A DNA stretch of 49,352 nt from an uncultured Thermoplasmata archaeon. GTDB lineage: Archaea; Thermoplasmatota; Thermoplasmata; UBA10834. The notes beneath the pieces were generated by a model that was not told the DNA's origin, searched no databases, and saw nothing but the letters and a program-made list of their open reading frames with translations. Position numbers and translations under genes: made by a program. This document shows positions 24,643-34,071 of this stretch, piece by piece. Each line of letters begins with the position of its first letter. Position 1 is the first letter of the stretch. The DNA lies in assembly GCA_964535775.1 (NCBI GenBank), contig CAZHTV010000001.1, forward strand, positions 1 through 49,352, in the 5' to 3' direction.

Positions 24643-26409
24643 ATGAGAATAGCAGTCGTACTCAAGGACCGCTGCCAGCCCAAGAAGTGCAGCCTTGAGT
24701 GCATACACTACTGCCCGCCTGTGAGGACCGGCGTGGAGGCGATCGCGATAGGCGGGAAGGGGAAGCCCGTGGTCGCCGAGGAACTCTGCGTCGGCTGCGG
24801 GATATGCGTGCATAAGTGCCCCTTCGAGGCCATCAAGATCATAGGCCTGCCCCAGGAGCTGGAGGGGGAGAACGTGCACCAGTACGGCAAGAACGCCTTC
24901 CGGCTCTACAGGCTGCCGACGCCGAGGAAGGGGCAGGTCATCGGCCTGCTGGGCCCGAACGGCATCGGCAAGACGACCGCGATATCCATACTCTCTGGGC
25001 AGGTCGTGCCGAACCTGGGGGAGTACGACGGACCGGGAGACTGGGCCAAGGTCCTGGACAAGTACGCGGGCACGGAGATACACGACTACTTCAGGGCGCT
25101 CTCCGAGGGCAAGCTGAGGACAGCGGTGAAGCCGCAGTACGTGGACAAGCTGCCTGCGGTGCGCAAGGGCGTGGTGAAGGACCTACTCAAGAAGGTCGAC
25201 GACGGCAAGCGCATGAAGGAGGTCTCACACCGCCTCGGGATTGAGAACGTCATCAAGCGCGACCTCGCGAAGCTCTCAGGGGGAGAGCTGCAGCGCGTGG
25301 CCATAGCTGCCACGCTCCTGAGGGACGTGGACGTGTACTTCTTCGACGAGCCCTCCTCCTACCTCGACATATACCAGAGACTGGAGATCGCCAAGGTCAT
25401 CCAGGAACTCAGCCTCGAGAGGCAGGTCTTCGTGATAGAGCACGACCTCGCCGTAATGGACTTCCTGGCGGACCTCGTTCACATAATGTACGGTGAGGAG
25501 GGGGCCTACGGAGTGATGGCGCAGCCCAGACCGGTCAGGACCGCGATCAACGTCTACCTAGATGGATATCTAAGGGAGGAGAACATAAGATTCAGGGACA
25601 CTCACATAAAGTTCGAAAAGCGGCCTCCGAGAACCGATTGGCAGTCCGAGGTGCTCATACGGTTCCCCGCGCTGACCAAACGGTTCAAGAACTTCACACT
25701 CAAGGTACACGAGGGCACAATCAAGAAGGGGGAGGTCGTGGGGGCGGTCGGGCCCAACGCGACCGGCAAGACCACCTTCGTCAAGATGCTCGCAGGGGAG
25801 GTCTCGCCGACGGCCGGGAAGGTCGAGGGCGATGCCTCCGTCAGCTACAAGCAGCAGTATATCAACCCGGAATTCGACGGCACCGTCCGGGAGATGCTGT
25901 TCCAGAGCATAGGCAGGGACTTCGAATCCGGCTTCTTCCAGGCCGAGGTGGCCCACCCGCTCCACCTCAAGCACCTGGTGGACAAGGAGGTGAAAACGCT
26001 CTCGGGCGGGGAGCTGCAGAGGGTGGCCATCGCGGAGTGCCTCGGAAGATCGGCCGACATCTACTTGATCGACGAGCCATCGGCGTACCTTGATTCCAAC
26101 CAGAGGATGGTCGCATCCAAGACCATCAGGCGCGCGATCGAGAAGCTGGGCAAGTCCGCGGTCGTGGTAGACCACGACGTCTACATGATTGACCTCATAT
26201 CCGACTCAATGATAGTGTTCTCTGGCAAGGCCTCGGTCAGCGGGACTGCGGAGGGGCCCATGCATATGCGGGACGGCATGAACAGGTTCCTGAAAGACGT
26301 GGAGATAACGTTCAGGAGGGACCAGGACTCCGGCAGGCCGAGGATAAACAAGAAGGACTCGAGGCTCGACCGGGAGCAGAAGAGCAGGGGCGAGTACTAC
26401 TACGGCTAG
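24643..26409 (+). CDS. ABCE1 / RNase L inhibitor-type ribosome recycling ATPase
   Basis: N-terminal FeS domain 'DRCQPKKCSLECIHYCP ... CVGCGICVHKCP'. Two NBDs (GPNGIGKTT / LSGGELQR; GPNATGKTT / LSGGELQR). Start moved to 'MRIAVV'. Confidence 0.95.
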   Translation: MRIAVVLKDRCQPKKCSLECIHYCPPVRTGVEAIAIGGKGKPVVAEELCVGCGICVHKCPFEAIKIIGLPQELEGENVHQYGKNAFRLYRLPTPRKGQVIGLLGPNGIGKTTAISILSGQVVPNLGEYDGPGDWAKVLDKYAGTEIHDYFRALSEGKLRTAVKPQYVDKLPAVRKGVVKDLLKKVDDGKRMKEVSHRLGIENVIKRDLAKLSGGELQRVAIAATLLRDVDVYFFDEPSSYLDIYQRLEIAKVIQELSLERQVFVIEHDLAVMDFLADLVHIMYGEEGAYGVMAQPRPVRTAINVYLDGYLREENIRFRDTHIKFEKRPPRTDWQSEVLIRFPALTKRFKNFTLKVHEGTIKKGEVVGAVGPNATGKTTFVKMLAGEVSPTAGKVEGDASVSYKQQYINPEFDGTVREMLFQSIGRDFESGFFQAEVAHPLHLKHLVDKEVKTLSGGELQRVAIAECLGRSADIYLIDEPSAYLDSNQRMVASKTIRRAIEKLGKSAVVVDHDVYMIDLISDSMIVFSGKASVSGTAEGPMHMRDGMNRFLKDVEITFRRDQDSGRPRINKKDSRLDREQKSRGEYYYG

Positions 26410-26443
26410 GGCATAACGGACATCGAACACGCGCGAAGGGGCC

Positions 26444-27067
26444 TCATTCTACGTCGGTTCGCGCCCGCCTCTTAGTCCAGTACAGATACCCGACGATGAC
26501 CGCGAGGGCCGCGATGACGACATAGAGGTCGATGTGCTCGGTTGTGTCTGCGAACCTGCGCCATCCGTCGAGGAGGAGATATCCCGCCAGCGCGAGCACG
26601 GTCGTCCAGATTAGCGCCCCGACCGTTGAGAACACGATGAAATTCCTGAAGCGCATCTTGCCTATTCCGGCGGGGAACGATATGAAGGAGCGGATTCCGG
26701 GTACCGCATGACCTAGGAGGACGCCAAAATCACCATACTTGGCGAACCATCTCTCCGCAAGTCGGAGGTCCCTCTCGTCGAGCCTGATGTACCTGCCGTA
26801 TCTCTGTATCAGCGGGCGCCCAACACGGTAGCCGATGAAGTAGGCCACCGAGTTGCCGACCGCAGCTCCTGCGGACCCGACGGCCACAACCAGCAATAGG
26901 TTCATCTCGCCCTCAGCTGACAAGTATCCCGCAAACGGGATTATCAGTTCGCTCGGGATGGGCGTGATTATCCCCTCGACGATCATCAGGATGAAGATGC
27001 CCGGGTAACCGAACGTCGATATCCAGTTGAGGATCAGGTCGGTCCCCCATTCGACCAGGCTCATCAC
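26444..27067 (-). CDS. DedA/SNARE-associated family membrane protein
   Basis: 'FGYPGIFILMIVEGIITPIPSELI' and 'GRPLIQRYGRY' DedA signatures; ~207 aa with TM segments. Confidence 0.85.
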   Translation of the reverse strand: MMSLVEWGTDLILNWISTFGYPGIFILMIVEGIITPIPSELIIPFAGYLSAEGEMNLLLVVAVGSAGAAVGNSVAYFIGYRVGRPLIQRYGRYIRLDERDLRLAERWFAKYGDFGVLLGHAVPGIRSFISFPAGIGKMRFRNFIVFSTVGALIWTTVLALAGYLLLDGWRRFADTTEHIDLYVVIAALAVIVGYLYWTKRRARTDVE

Positions 27068-27159
27068 CCACCGATAAAGGAACCTGCATAAAAAGCATTA
27101 GGTAATCGGCTGGCGCCTCAGGAAGCATATTTGTACTGGCACCGTGCTCGGACAGGGCG

Positions 27160-28050
27160 ATGGGGCCTGCTAGGGTACTGGAGAGCTACAGCGCGATGAT
27201 GGCCCTCGGGCTCGTCCTCGGCCTCGCCACCGGGGGCCTCCCGGCATACACCAAGGAGGCCTCCATGGCTTCCTTGGCGGTCCTAATGACCCTGTCCCTC
27301 TCGACGGTGAGGGTCGGAGACGCACGCGGGAAGGACCATGTGAACCATGCGGTCGGCGCCCTCCTGGTCAACTACGGATTCCTCACCGTCCTGATCCTCT
27401 TGATAGGCTTGCCATTCACAGGCGAGTACTGGTGGGGCTGGGTGCTCATGGCGGCTGCCCCGTCCGCAGTTTCAGTAGTGCCCTTCACGACCATCCTCGG
27501 GGGCAAGACCTCGAAGGCCCTGTTCTCCACCTCGATCAACTACCTGGCGGCCCTCTTGCTGATGCCCGCCATCACGCTTCTCCTGATAGGCTCCGCGGTG
27601 TCCTCGATGAGCCTCGTGACCTCCATTCTGCTCCTCATCGTGCTTCCTATGGCGGCGTCGAGGGCGATCATGAGGCTGCGGATTGGCAAACCGCTCAACA
27701 CATCCCTAATGAACATCTGCTTCGCTGTGCTGATATTTGCCGTCACGGGCGCGAACAGAGATGCGTTCGTCGGGGAACCGATGCTCGTCGTTGCTATATC
27801 TGCCGCATGCGTCCTGAGGACCTTCGGGACAGGGCTTGGCACTGAGTGGCTGACCCGGAGGCTCAAGATGCCGAAGGAGGAGCGGATCACCTATGTCCTG
27901 TTTGCGAGCTACAAGAACCTCGGGCTCACGGCAACACTTGCGATCGCCCTCTTCGAACCGCTTGTCGCAGTCCCAGCAACCATATGCATCGTCTTCGAGG
28001 TCATCTGGATAATGTTCCTCCTCAGATACTACCCCAGGGTGCCACCCTGA
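27160..28050 (+). CDS. Polytopic transporter, bile-acid:Na+ symporter (BASS/SBF)-like
   Basis: ~10 hydrophobic segments. 'APSAVSVVPFTTILGGKTSKAL' and 'FASYKNLGLTATLAIALF' resemble the two BASS core motifs. Tentative. Confidence 0.55.
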   Translation: MGPARVLESYSAMMALGLVLGLATGGLPAYTKEASMASLAVLMTLSLSTVRVGDARGKDHVNHAVGALLVNYGFLTVLILLIGLPFTGEYWWGWVLMAAAPSAVSVVPFTTILGGKTSKALFSTSINYLAALLLMPAITLLLIGSAVSSMSLVTSILLLIVLPMAASRAIMRLRIGKPLNTSLMNICFAVLIFAVTGANRDAFVGEPMLVVAISAACVLRTFGTGLGTEWLTRRLKMPKEERITYVLFASYKNLGLTATLAIALFEPLVAVPATICIVFEVIWIMFLLRYYPRVPP

Positions 28051-28064
28051 GCTGCTTACAGGTG

Positions 28065-28526
28065 TCAGTGGAGGTGCAGGGCAACGTTCGCCCTTTCCCA
28101 AAGATGCGACAGATATCCCACAACATTGCTGTCCGGGGTCAGCGCGACCCACCTGTGATACTGCACCAGGAATATCCCGGAGCAGACTACGGTGAAGAAG
28201 ACCGACTCGACCACGGCAGAATAGCCGAGTGTAGCGCTCTGGAACTCGTCGATCCCGACGTGCACTCCCCAGAACAGGAGCGGCAACATGTAGCGCCATC
28301 CCAACGACAGTGGCGCGACCACGAAGAAGCCGATGGGATAGTGCAAGAGCGACTTCCAGGGCAAGCCTGATCCGTCATCCCAAGTCGGCCTGATGATGGC
28401 TGCCCAGCCGTTGTCTGAGATGTATCTGGGCGCGGCGAAGATGTGGTCGGCGTCAAGAAGGACGCCGAACGTCATGGCGATGAACCATTCGTCCCTGTTC
28501 AGGCTCAGGAGCAGCCCGAGAAGCAC
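28065..28526 (-). CDS. Membrane-bound metal-dependent hydrolase, YdjM/DUF457-like; the N-terminus probably extends upstream of the first canonical start
   Basis: 'LLDADH' motif and hydrophobic core. A family-typical N-terminal 'TTHL' lies in frame upstream of the GTG at 28526, with no ATG/GTG/TTG before it. A frameshift or pseudogene is also possible. Confidence 0.55.
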   Translation of the reverse strand: MLLGLLLSLNRDEWFIAMTFGVLLDADHIFAAPRYISDNGWAAIIRPTWDDGSGLPWKSLLHYPIGFFVVAPLSLGWRYMLPLLFWGVHVGIDEFQSATLGYSAVVESVFFTVVCSGIFLVQYHRWVALTPDSNVVGYLSHLWERANVALHLH

Positions 28527-28668
28527 GGTGACTGCCAGGTGGGTCGTGGTGAGCGTCAGATCACCTTGGTTCGCATCGGTCTGGATGATGCATGGATGAT
28601 AACGTCTTCACGGCTATCTGTCGCTTTCGCCGCAAATATCACGGCTGAACGCGAGATGGGTTCTTCTG

Positions 28669-28695
28669 AAAAACTGAGACCGAAGGGGTTTTCGG
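28669..28695 (-). terminator. Hairpin (CCGAA-N6-TTCGG) followed by T5 on the minus strand, downstream of the giant PEF-CTERM gene
   Basis: The minus strand reads CCGAAAACCCCTTCGG-TCTCAG-TTTTT starting ~20 nt after the stop at 28716. Confidence 0.4.
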
Positions 28696-28715
28696 AGGTT
28701 TGTCACAGGAGCGGA

Positions 28716-31700
28716 TCAGGGCCGCCTCTTCCTGAGCACAACGAACAGCATCATCGCGAGCATGCCCGTGACCGGAAGCATCATCGACGGGAACTCGGGT
28801 ATGATGCCCGCGATGGTTATCTGGACCTCGTCCGTGTCCCAGTTGCCTGCGGCATCGGTCACGTTCAGGGTGATGTTGTATACTCCCTCGACCCAGAAAG
28901 TGAAGTCCACGACCTCGCCCCAGAGTTCCACGGGAGAGCCCATGTACTCGAACGTCCAGGTCCAGTTGACGATGCCAACATCGTCCGATGAGCCAGAGCC
29001 GTCGAGGACGACGAGCTCGCCGCCCATCATCGTCTGGTCCCCACCCGCATCTGCTGTCGGAGGCGTTACGTCTTTGGCAGTGACCTGCATCGTGTCCGGG
29101 AACGACAGCTGTCCAGTGGTGTCCTCGACCACAAGAGATACATTATACACGCCGGGCACGGAGAATGTGAACTCTGGTGTCTGGCCCCACATGTACTCCA
29201 TGAGTTCGATTATGATCCAAGTGTAGTTCACGATGCCGAGATCGTCGCTCGAGCCGGTGCCGTCAAAGTAGACGACCGTGTTGATCGCCACCTCCTGATC
29301 GGGGCCTGCGTCCGCAATGGGCCGCGCGTCCCCGAGCACGTTGACCCAGGTGGTCGCGCTGTCAGAGTGCCCTGCACCGTCCCAGACGGTCAGGGTCACG
29401 GTGTGGTTGCCCACGGTCGTGAAGTCGTGATCCACGACCTCGCCGTACAGCTCCACGGGGCCGCCGTCGTCGAAGGTCCACCTGTAGGTCGCTATCCCGA
29501 CATTATCGTACGACATGCTCCCGTCCAGGGTGACCGTCGTGTCCACCACGACCTCCTGACCCGGCCCTGCGTCCGCTACGGGCGGGTCGTTGTCGACCGT
29601 GAACAGTGTGAGGTTTGCGGCACCTCTGCCACCCCAATCGGTAATGTAGAATAGCGTTGCATAGTCCCCACTGGGCGCGACCCAGTCCGGCACGAACATG
29701 AGGTCGACCACACTCCAGTCGCCCATCCCTACCATGTATATGCCCATGACGTCGCCAGTTCCCTCCACGATCTGCATTGACTGCACGTACGGGGAGATCA
29801 CGCCGGTCGGATCGTCTGGTGTAGCCGTCTCGAGCCATCCGGAATCGAATGTGAAGAACAGGAACTCGCCCGAGGCCCCGTCGAACCAGACGGTTCCCCA
29901 CTCCGGAAGCATCAAGCTCGAGTTCACATACTCCCCTCGCAGGGCGATGTACATGTCAGGGCCCATCCAGAACTCGTAGTACACCAGGTACAGCTCGGAG
30001 ACGCCATCGGTCAGCCAACCACACATCGGCTCTGCGGTCCATGCGTAGTCGACCTCGTAGCTGTCGCCGACCTTGGAGAAGGGCAGGGTGTTGTCAGACT
30101 GTTCCAGGGGATGGAGGTTATTGGAACGTGCCTCGATGCCGTAGTAGTACGAGATGCCGCTGCCTGAGCCGTTCTTCATGAACTGCCATAGGGCCATCGT
30201 CCTCGCATCGAGCTCCTGTGCCGATGCGTGTATCCAGGTCGGGTTGGTCCAGGACACGTTCTCGATGGGCATCTGGGAGTATGTGAGGTTAGGGTACCAT
30301 ATGTCCGGGTCGAGCTCAAAGTCCATCCTGATCTCAGTCTCGGCCGAGGCGTCCACCACTGTCTCTACATGCGTGTGATCCCCGGCTGAGACGACAACTA
30401 TCAGCTCGACCGGCGGGATGTAGATCTCGTAATACCCCGATGGGTCCGAAGAACTCCCGTTGCGCTCGGAGTAGTCAGGCGGGCCCATGCCGACCTCCAC
30501 AAAGGCCATGTCTATGCCCGTCCCTGTCGAGGAATCGTTCACGTAGCCGTGCATCCTGACCGTGTCGGGGATGTCCCATGGCATCAGCTCGATGTCGACC
30601 ACGTTCGGACCTGGTGATATCGTGACATCGAAAGTCTTGTACCTGTGGGAGGGTGAGTAGACCTCTACCATGTAATCGCCCGAGACGAGTTCCATGTCGT
30701 AGTCGCCGCTTCCGTCCGTGTTGTCCCAGTTGTCGTAGGCCATGGACGAATAATGGACGCTTGCGTCTTCTACTGGCAAGCCTGAGAGAGCGTCCGTCAC
30801 CTTGCCGCTCACGAATGCGTCTATCGCCCCGAGCTCGAAATCGATCCAGAGCTCATCGCCCGGGTCGATGTCCAGCATCATGTACTGCCTGCCGTAGCCG
30901 TCGGCCTGCGCGCCGATCATGAGGTCCGTACCGTCGAAGGCTTCGAGGGTATAGGCGCCAGTGACGTTCGTGAAGGCCATGTTCATCGAGCCGTTGACTG
31001 GGTCGTAGAGGAACACTTGGGCCCAGCTGATTGGCAGGCTGGTGCCCTTATCCGTGACGTTGCCTCTCACAACCGCAGTTGCGGCCTTGAGGGTGGCATC
31101 CACGACCTCATCCTCGCCCGGGAGCACTTCGATGTTCTCCTGCATGTACATCGTGTACCCAGGCTTGCTCATTATGACCCTTACCCAGCCGCTCTTGATG
31201 TCCATGAAGTACTGTCCATCGGATTCGGTCCATGTGAAGTTGCTCGAGCTCTCACCAGCGGACTCGTTCCATGAGTCCACCATGACCATGACGTTCTCCA
31301 GCGGCAGGCCCGTATCAGAGTCCGTCACCGTTCCGGAGATGGTCGCATCGTTGTCGTATGTAAACGGCTCGAGCGTGAGGTTGATCCAGTAGGTCTGTCC
31401 TGACGCCAGAGCCTCGCTTGTGCTGTTGTCCGTGAACGGATAGCCGGGGACGTCGAGTGCCACCACTCCGCCGCCCGCGATCGACGGCAGGATATCAACG
31501 ACGTACATGCCTGAGCCGTCCGTCCTGGTCATGTTGATGTACATCGGGGGGCCGTCACCCATGCTGGCGGGGTCGGCGGAGTAGACGCCGATGATCGCAT
31601 CGGTCACCGGGTTCCCCAGCTCGTCCTCGACGAAGCCCATCACAGTCACATCTGTGACCGCGGGGGCGATGTTCTCTAGTGTGAAGTTGAGGAAAACCGT

Positions 31701-32009
31701 TTCGCCGGACACGACGCTGGCATAGGCGGAGCCACCGTAGCAGCTGTCGTTGAACGCCAGCACATAATAGTCAAGTCCACCAGGAACCGCAAGCACGTAG
31801 TCGCCCAGGTCGTCCGTCCATGTCACTATCTCAATGCCTCCGTACAACGGCATGGCCACGACGATAGACCCGGGCAGCGGGTTCGTGCTATCATTCACGT
31901 TCCCCTGGATGTATCCATCCGGAGGAGCAGCTGCAACGTCGCGCGGCAGGATGACCAGCATCCCGGTGATTATTGATATGCACACGGCCATCGCGACAAG
32001 CACTTTCAT
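28716..32009 (-). CDS. Giant (~1097 aa) secreted protein: signal peptide, ~6 CarboxypepD_reg-like modules, central region, 3 tandem PKD repeats, PEF-CTERM anchor
   Basis: 'MKVLVAMAVCISIITGMLVILP' signal. Recurrent 'G-x-V-x-D-x-x-G/T-x-P-[LIV]-x-x-A-x-V' modules. PKD repeats 'P-x-ADAG-x-x-Q ... LDGSxSxDxxGI'. C-terminal 'PEF' + TM + 'RKRRP'. Start moved to the ATG at 32009. Confidence 0.88.
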   Translation of the reverse strand: MKVLVAMAVCISIITGMLVILPRDVAAAPPDGYIQGNVNDSTNPLPGSIVVAMPLYGGIEIVTWTDDLGDYVLAVPGGLDYYVLAFNDSCYGGSAYASVVSGETVFLNFTLENIAPAVTDVTVMGFVEDELGNPVTDAIIGVYSADPASMGDGPPMYINMTRTDGSGMYVVDILPSIAGGGVVALDVPGYPFTDNSTSEALASGQTYWINLTLEPFTYDNDATISGTVTDSDTGLPLENVMVMVDSWNESAGESSSNFTWTESDGQYFMDIKSGWVRVIMSKPGYTMYMQENIEVLPGEDEVVDATLKAATAVVRGNVTDKGTSLPISWAQVFLYDPVNGSMNMAFTNVTGAYTLEAFDGTDLMIGAQADGYGRQYMMLDIDPGDELWIDFELGAIDAFVSGKVTDALSGLPVEDASVHYSSMAYDNWDNTDGSGDYDMELVSGDYMVEVYSPSHRYKTFDVTISPGPNVVDIELMPWDIPDTVRMHGYVNDSSTGTGIDMAFVEVGMGPPDYSERNGSSSDPSGYYEIYIPPVELIVVVSAGDHTHVETVVDASAETEIRMDFELDPDIWYPNLTYSQMPIENVSWTNPTWIHASAQELDARTMALWQFMKNGSGSGISYYYGIEARSNNLHPLEQSDNTLPFSKVGDSYEVDYAWTAEPMCGWLTDGVSELYLVYYEFWMGPDMYIALRGEYVNSSLMLPEWGTVWFDGASGEFLFFTFDSGWLETATPDDPTGVISPYVQSMQIVEGTGDVMGIYMVGMGDWSVVDLMFVPDWVAPSGDYATLFYITDWGGRGAANLTLFTVDNDPPVADAGPGQEVVVDTTVTLDGSMSYDNVGIATYRWTFDDGGPVELYGEVVDHDFTTVGNHTVTLTVWDGAGHSDSATTWVNVLGDARPIADAGPDQEVAINTVVYFDGTGSSDDLGIVNYTWIIIELMEYMWGQTPEFTFSVPGVYNVSLVVEDTTGQLSFPDTMQVTAKDVTPPTADAGGDQTMMGGELVVLDGSGSSDDVGIVNWTWTFEYMGSPVELWGEVVDFTFWVEGVYNITLNVTDAAGNWDTDEVQITIAGIIPEFPSMMLPVTGMLAMMLFVVLRKRRP
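28719..28799 (-). other. PEF-CTERM archaeal protein-sorting signal
   Basis: 'PEFPSMMLPVTGMLAMMLFVVLRKRRP': a Pro-Glu-Phe tripeptide, a hydrophobic helix and a basic cluster at the extreme C-terminus. Confidence 0.75.
28800..29594 (-). repeat. Three tandem PKD-type repeats (88, 86 and 91 aa)
   Basis: Repeat starts DNDPPVADAGPGQEV / DARPIADAGPDQEV / DVTPPTADAGGDQTM, each followed by (L/F)DGSxSxDxxGI(A/V)xY/WxW and VYN(V/I)(S/T)L. Confidence 0.85.
30310..31925 (-). repeat. Array of carboxypeptidase-regulatory-like (transthyretin-like) beta-sandwich modules
   Basis: GNVNDSTNPLPGSIVV; GFVEDELGNPVTDAIIGVY; GTVTDSDTGLPLENVMVMV; GNVTDKGTSLPISWAQVFL; GKVTDALSGLPVEDASVHY; GYVNDSSTGTGIDMAFVEV. Boundaries are approximate. 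Confidence 0.65.
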
Positions 32010-32303
32010 ATGACGTACTCTCTCGTCCAAGACAAAATCCTCCTTCTGGGCCTTCACCGAGCGGAATGGGGGGATTCCGGCTGGGTGTCTGTGATTGTAC
32101 GGTCAAGTGCCATATATATGGTTGTCGATGCCAGTCGTTCCGAACACGAGATATCTTTCGTCGAGGGTCCTCTAGGCGAAGGGACGCGGTGGCAGGGAGG
32201 TACCTAAGAGCACGTCGTTGGACAGACACGTCCCTTTGGCTCTGAGAATGTTCGGGAGCATGTTGATTCATCAGAGGGCAACTCGACCAATGTCAAGCAG
32301 AGT

Positions 32304-34034
32304 ATGGTCAGTGCTGAGATGAATGTAGATACTGGCGCTTCGAGAATCGCTTGGAGAGATTGGTCGAAAGAGGCGTTCGATGAGGCGAAGAACCGAGGGA
32401 AGCTCGTGTTGCTGGACCTCAGCGCGGACTGGTGCCACTGGTGCCATGTAATGGACCGGACGACCTATTCCGACCCAGATGTCATAGAGACGATCAACAG
32501 CGAGTTCGTGCCAGTGCGCGTCGACATAGACGCGCGCCCGGACTTATCAGAGAGATACAATCGCGGGGGATTCCCGACGACCGCCTTCCTCTCCGATAAG
32601 GGGGAGTCGGTCTGGGGGGCCACGTACATCCCGCCCAAAGACATGAAGAGGATAATGGCTGGAATCCTTTCCGCAAACGCGTCAGGCGAGATCGCTAAGG
32701 CCTTGGAAAAGAGCAGGACGATGCATCTCGATGTGGCCAAGTCGGCCGGATCCCACGACCCTGTCGGTGCCAGCTTTGTTGATGCGCTCTTCGAGGACAT
32801 CTTCGCCACCTACGATGTGGAGCACGGGGGGTTCGGGCTGTATCCGAAGTTCCCCCATCCCGACGTGCTTGACATCCTGCTGCTGAGGCACCTTATGACG
32901 GGTGACGAGGAGGTAGCCAGGGCGGTTCGGCACACGATCGCGCGGATGACGGAGGGACTCTGCGACAAGGTGGAGGGAGGGGTGTTCAGATACTCAGTCA
33001 CGCGAGACTGGAGCGAGCCGCACTACGAGAAGATGCTGGAAACGAATGCCGGTTTCCTGAGGAACCTGGCCTCGGCTTACAAGGTGTTTGGATCGCCCGA
33101 GTACAAGGAGACCGCTTCGGGGATCGCCGGATACCTGTTGAACATGCTTCGAGACAACAAGTCAGGGGGATTCCATGGCAGCCAGGATGCGGACGAGGAG
33201 TACTACAGGTTGTCAGCGGACAAGAGGGCGGAAAGGAAGGGACCTGCCGTGGTCCGCGCCATTTACGGAGGCTGGAACGCAGAAGCCGTCTCAGCCCTCG
33301 CCGAGGCGGGAGCAGTGTTCCGCAACAGGATATGGCTGGATGCCGCAGTCGGCGGATGGGACTATGCCCTTTCCCGTCTTTGGAACGAGGACATGGGGCT
33401 GACAAGGCATGAGGAAAAGAGGGAGCTCTACTTGTTCGAGGACCAGGTATCATTCCTCGATGCCCTTCTGTCGATCTACTCACTCACTGGCAGGACGGAC
33501 CTGATCGAGCTCGGGTCCGAGCTGGTATCCGGGATCGAAAGGCACTTCGCACATCCGGACGGCGGCTACGCTGACATACTGAATCAGAGAGACGCGGTCG
33601 GTGAGCTCGGAGAGAGGAGGCGCCCTCTGGCCGCCAACTCGAAGTACGCTCGCCTGCTCGCCCTCTTCTCGGCGGCCTCCCACAACCAGCAGATCGGGGA
33701 AATGCCGAGTAGGATACTGAGGTCCTTCTCCCGGAGCGAGCTGGAAGCGCACGGGCTCTTCGCGGCGGAGTTCCTTGTCGCCTGGCACGTCCTAGACGAA
33801 GGGGCCAAGGTGGCCTCGATAAGCGTTGAAAGCGAGGCGGAGGTGTTCTCGAATCACCTCTGGAGAGCTGCCAGGTCAGTGCACAACCCAGCAGTGCTGT
33901 GCGCGATTGATGCGGAGGCACGTCATGGCCGGAAAGGTGCGGTCATATGCACTGCCGCCGGGTGCTCGGACATGATCTCCAGCCCGGACTTCCTGATGCA
34001 ACGACTCATGGTCGCGAGGACCAATCAAGTCTAA
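32304..34034 (+). CDS. Thioredoxin-domain protein, DUF255 / YyaL (SSP411) family
   Basis: Hallmark 'LLDLSADWCHWCHVMD' followed by a long alpha/alpha-toroid-like region; ~570 aa. Confidence 0.9.
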   Translation: MVSAEMNVDTGASRIAWRDWSKEAFDEAKNRGKLVLLDLSADWCHWCHVMDRTTYSDPDVIETINSEFVPVRVDIDARPDLSERYNRGGFPTTAFLSDKGESVWGATYIPPKDMKRIMAGILSANASGEIAKALEKSRTMHLDVAKSAGSHDPVGASFVDALFEDIFATYDVEHGGFGLYPKFPHPDVLDILLLRHLMTGDEEVARAVRHTIARMTEGLCDKVEGGVFRYSVTRDWSEPHYEKMLETNAGFLRNLASAYKVFGSPEYKETASGIAGYLLNMLRDNKSGGFHGSQDADEEYYRLSADKRAERKGPAVVRAIYGGWNAEAVSALAEAGAVFRNRIWLDAAVGGWDYALSRLWNEDMGLTRHEEKRELYLFEDQVSFLDALLSIYSLTGRTDLIELGSELVSGIERHFAHPDGGYADILNQRDAVGELGERRRPLAANSKYARLLALFSAASHNQQIGEMPSRILRSFSRSELEAHGLFAAEFLVAWHVLDEGAKVASISVESEAEVFSNHLWRAARSVHNPAVLCAIDAEARHGRKGAVICTAAGCSDMISSPDFLMQRLMVARTNQV

Positions 34035-34071
34035 ATACCCAGCAACATCATAGCATCGCCCCGGGCGTGTT

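Noticed and set aside
28800-29594. Tandem ~260-bp DNA repeats that might suggest a CRISPR or satellite array
   Set aside because: They are in-frame PKD domain repeats of a continuous 1097-aa ORF. The units are far longer than CRISPR repeats and have no spacers.
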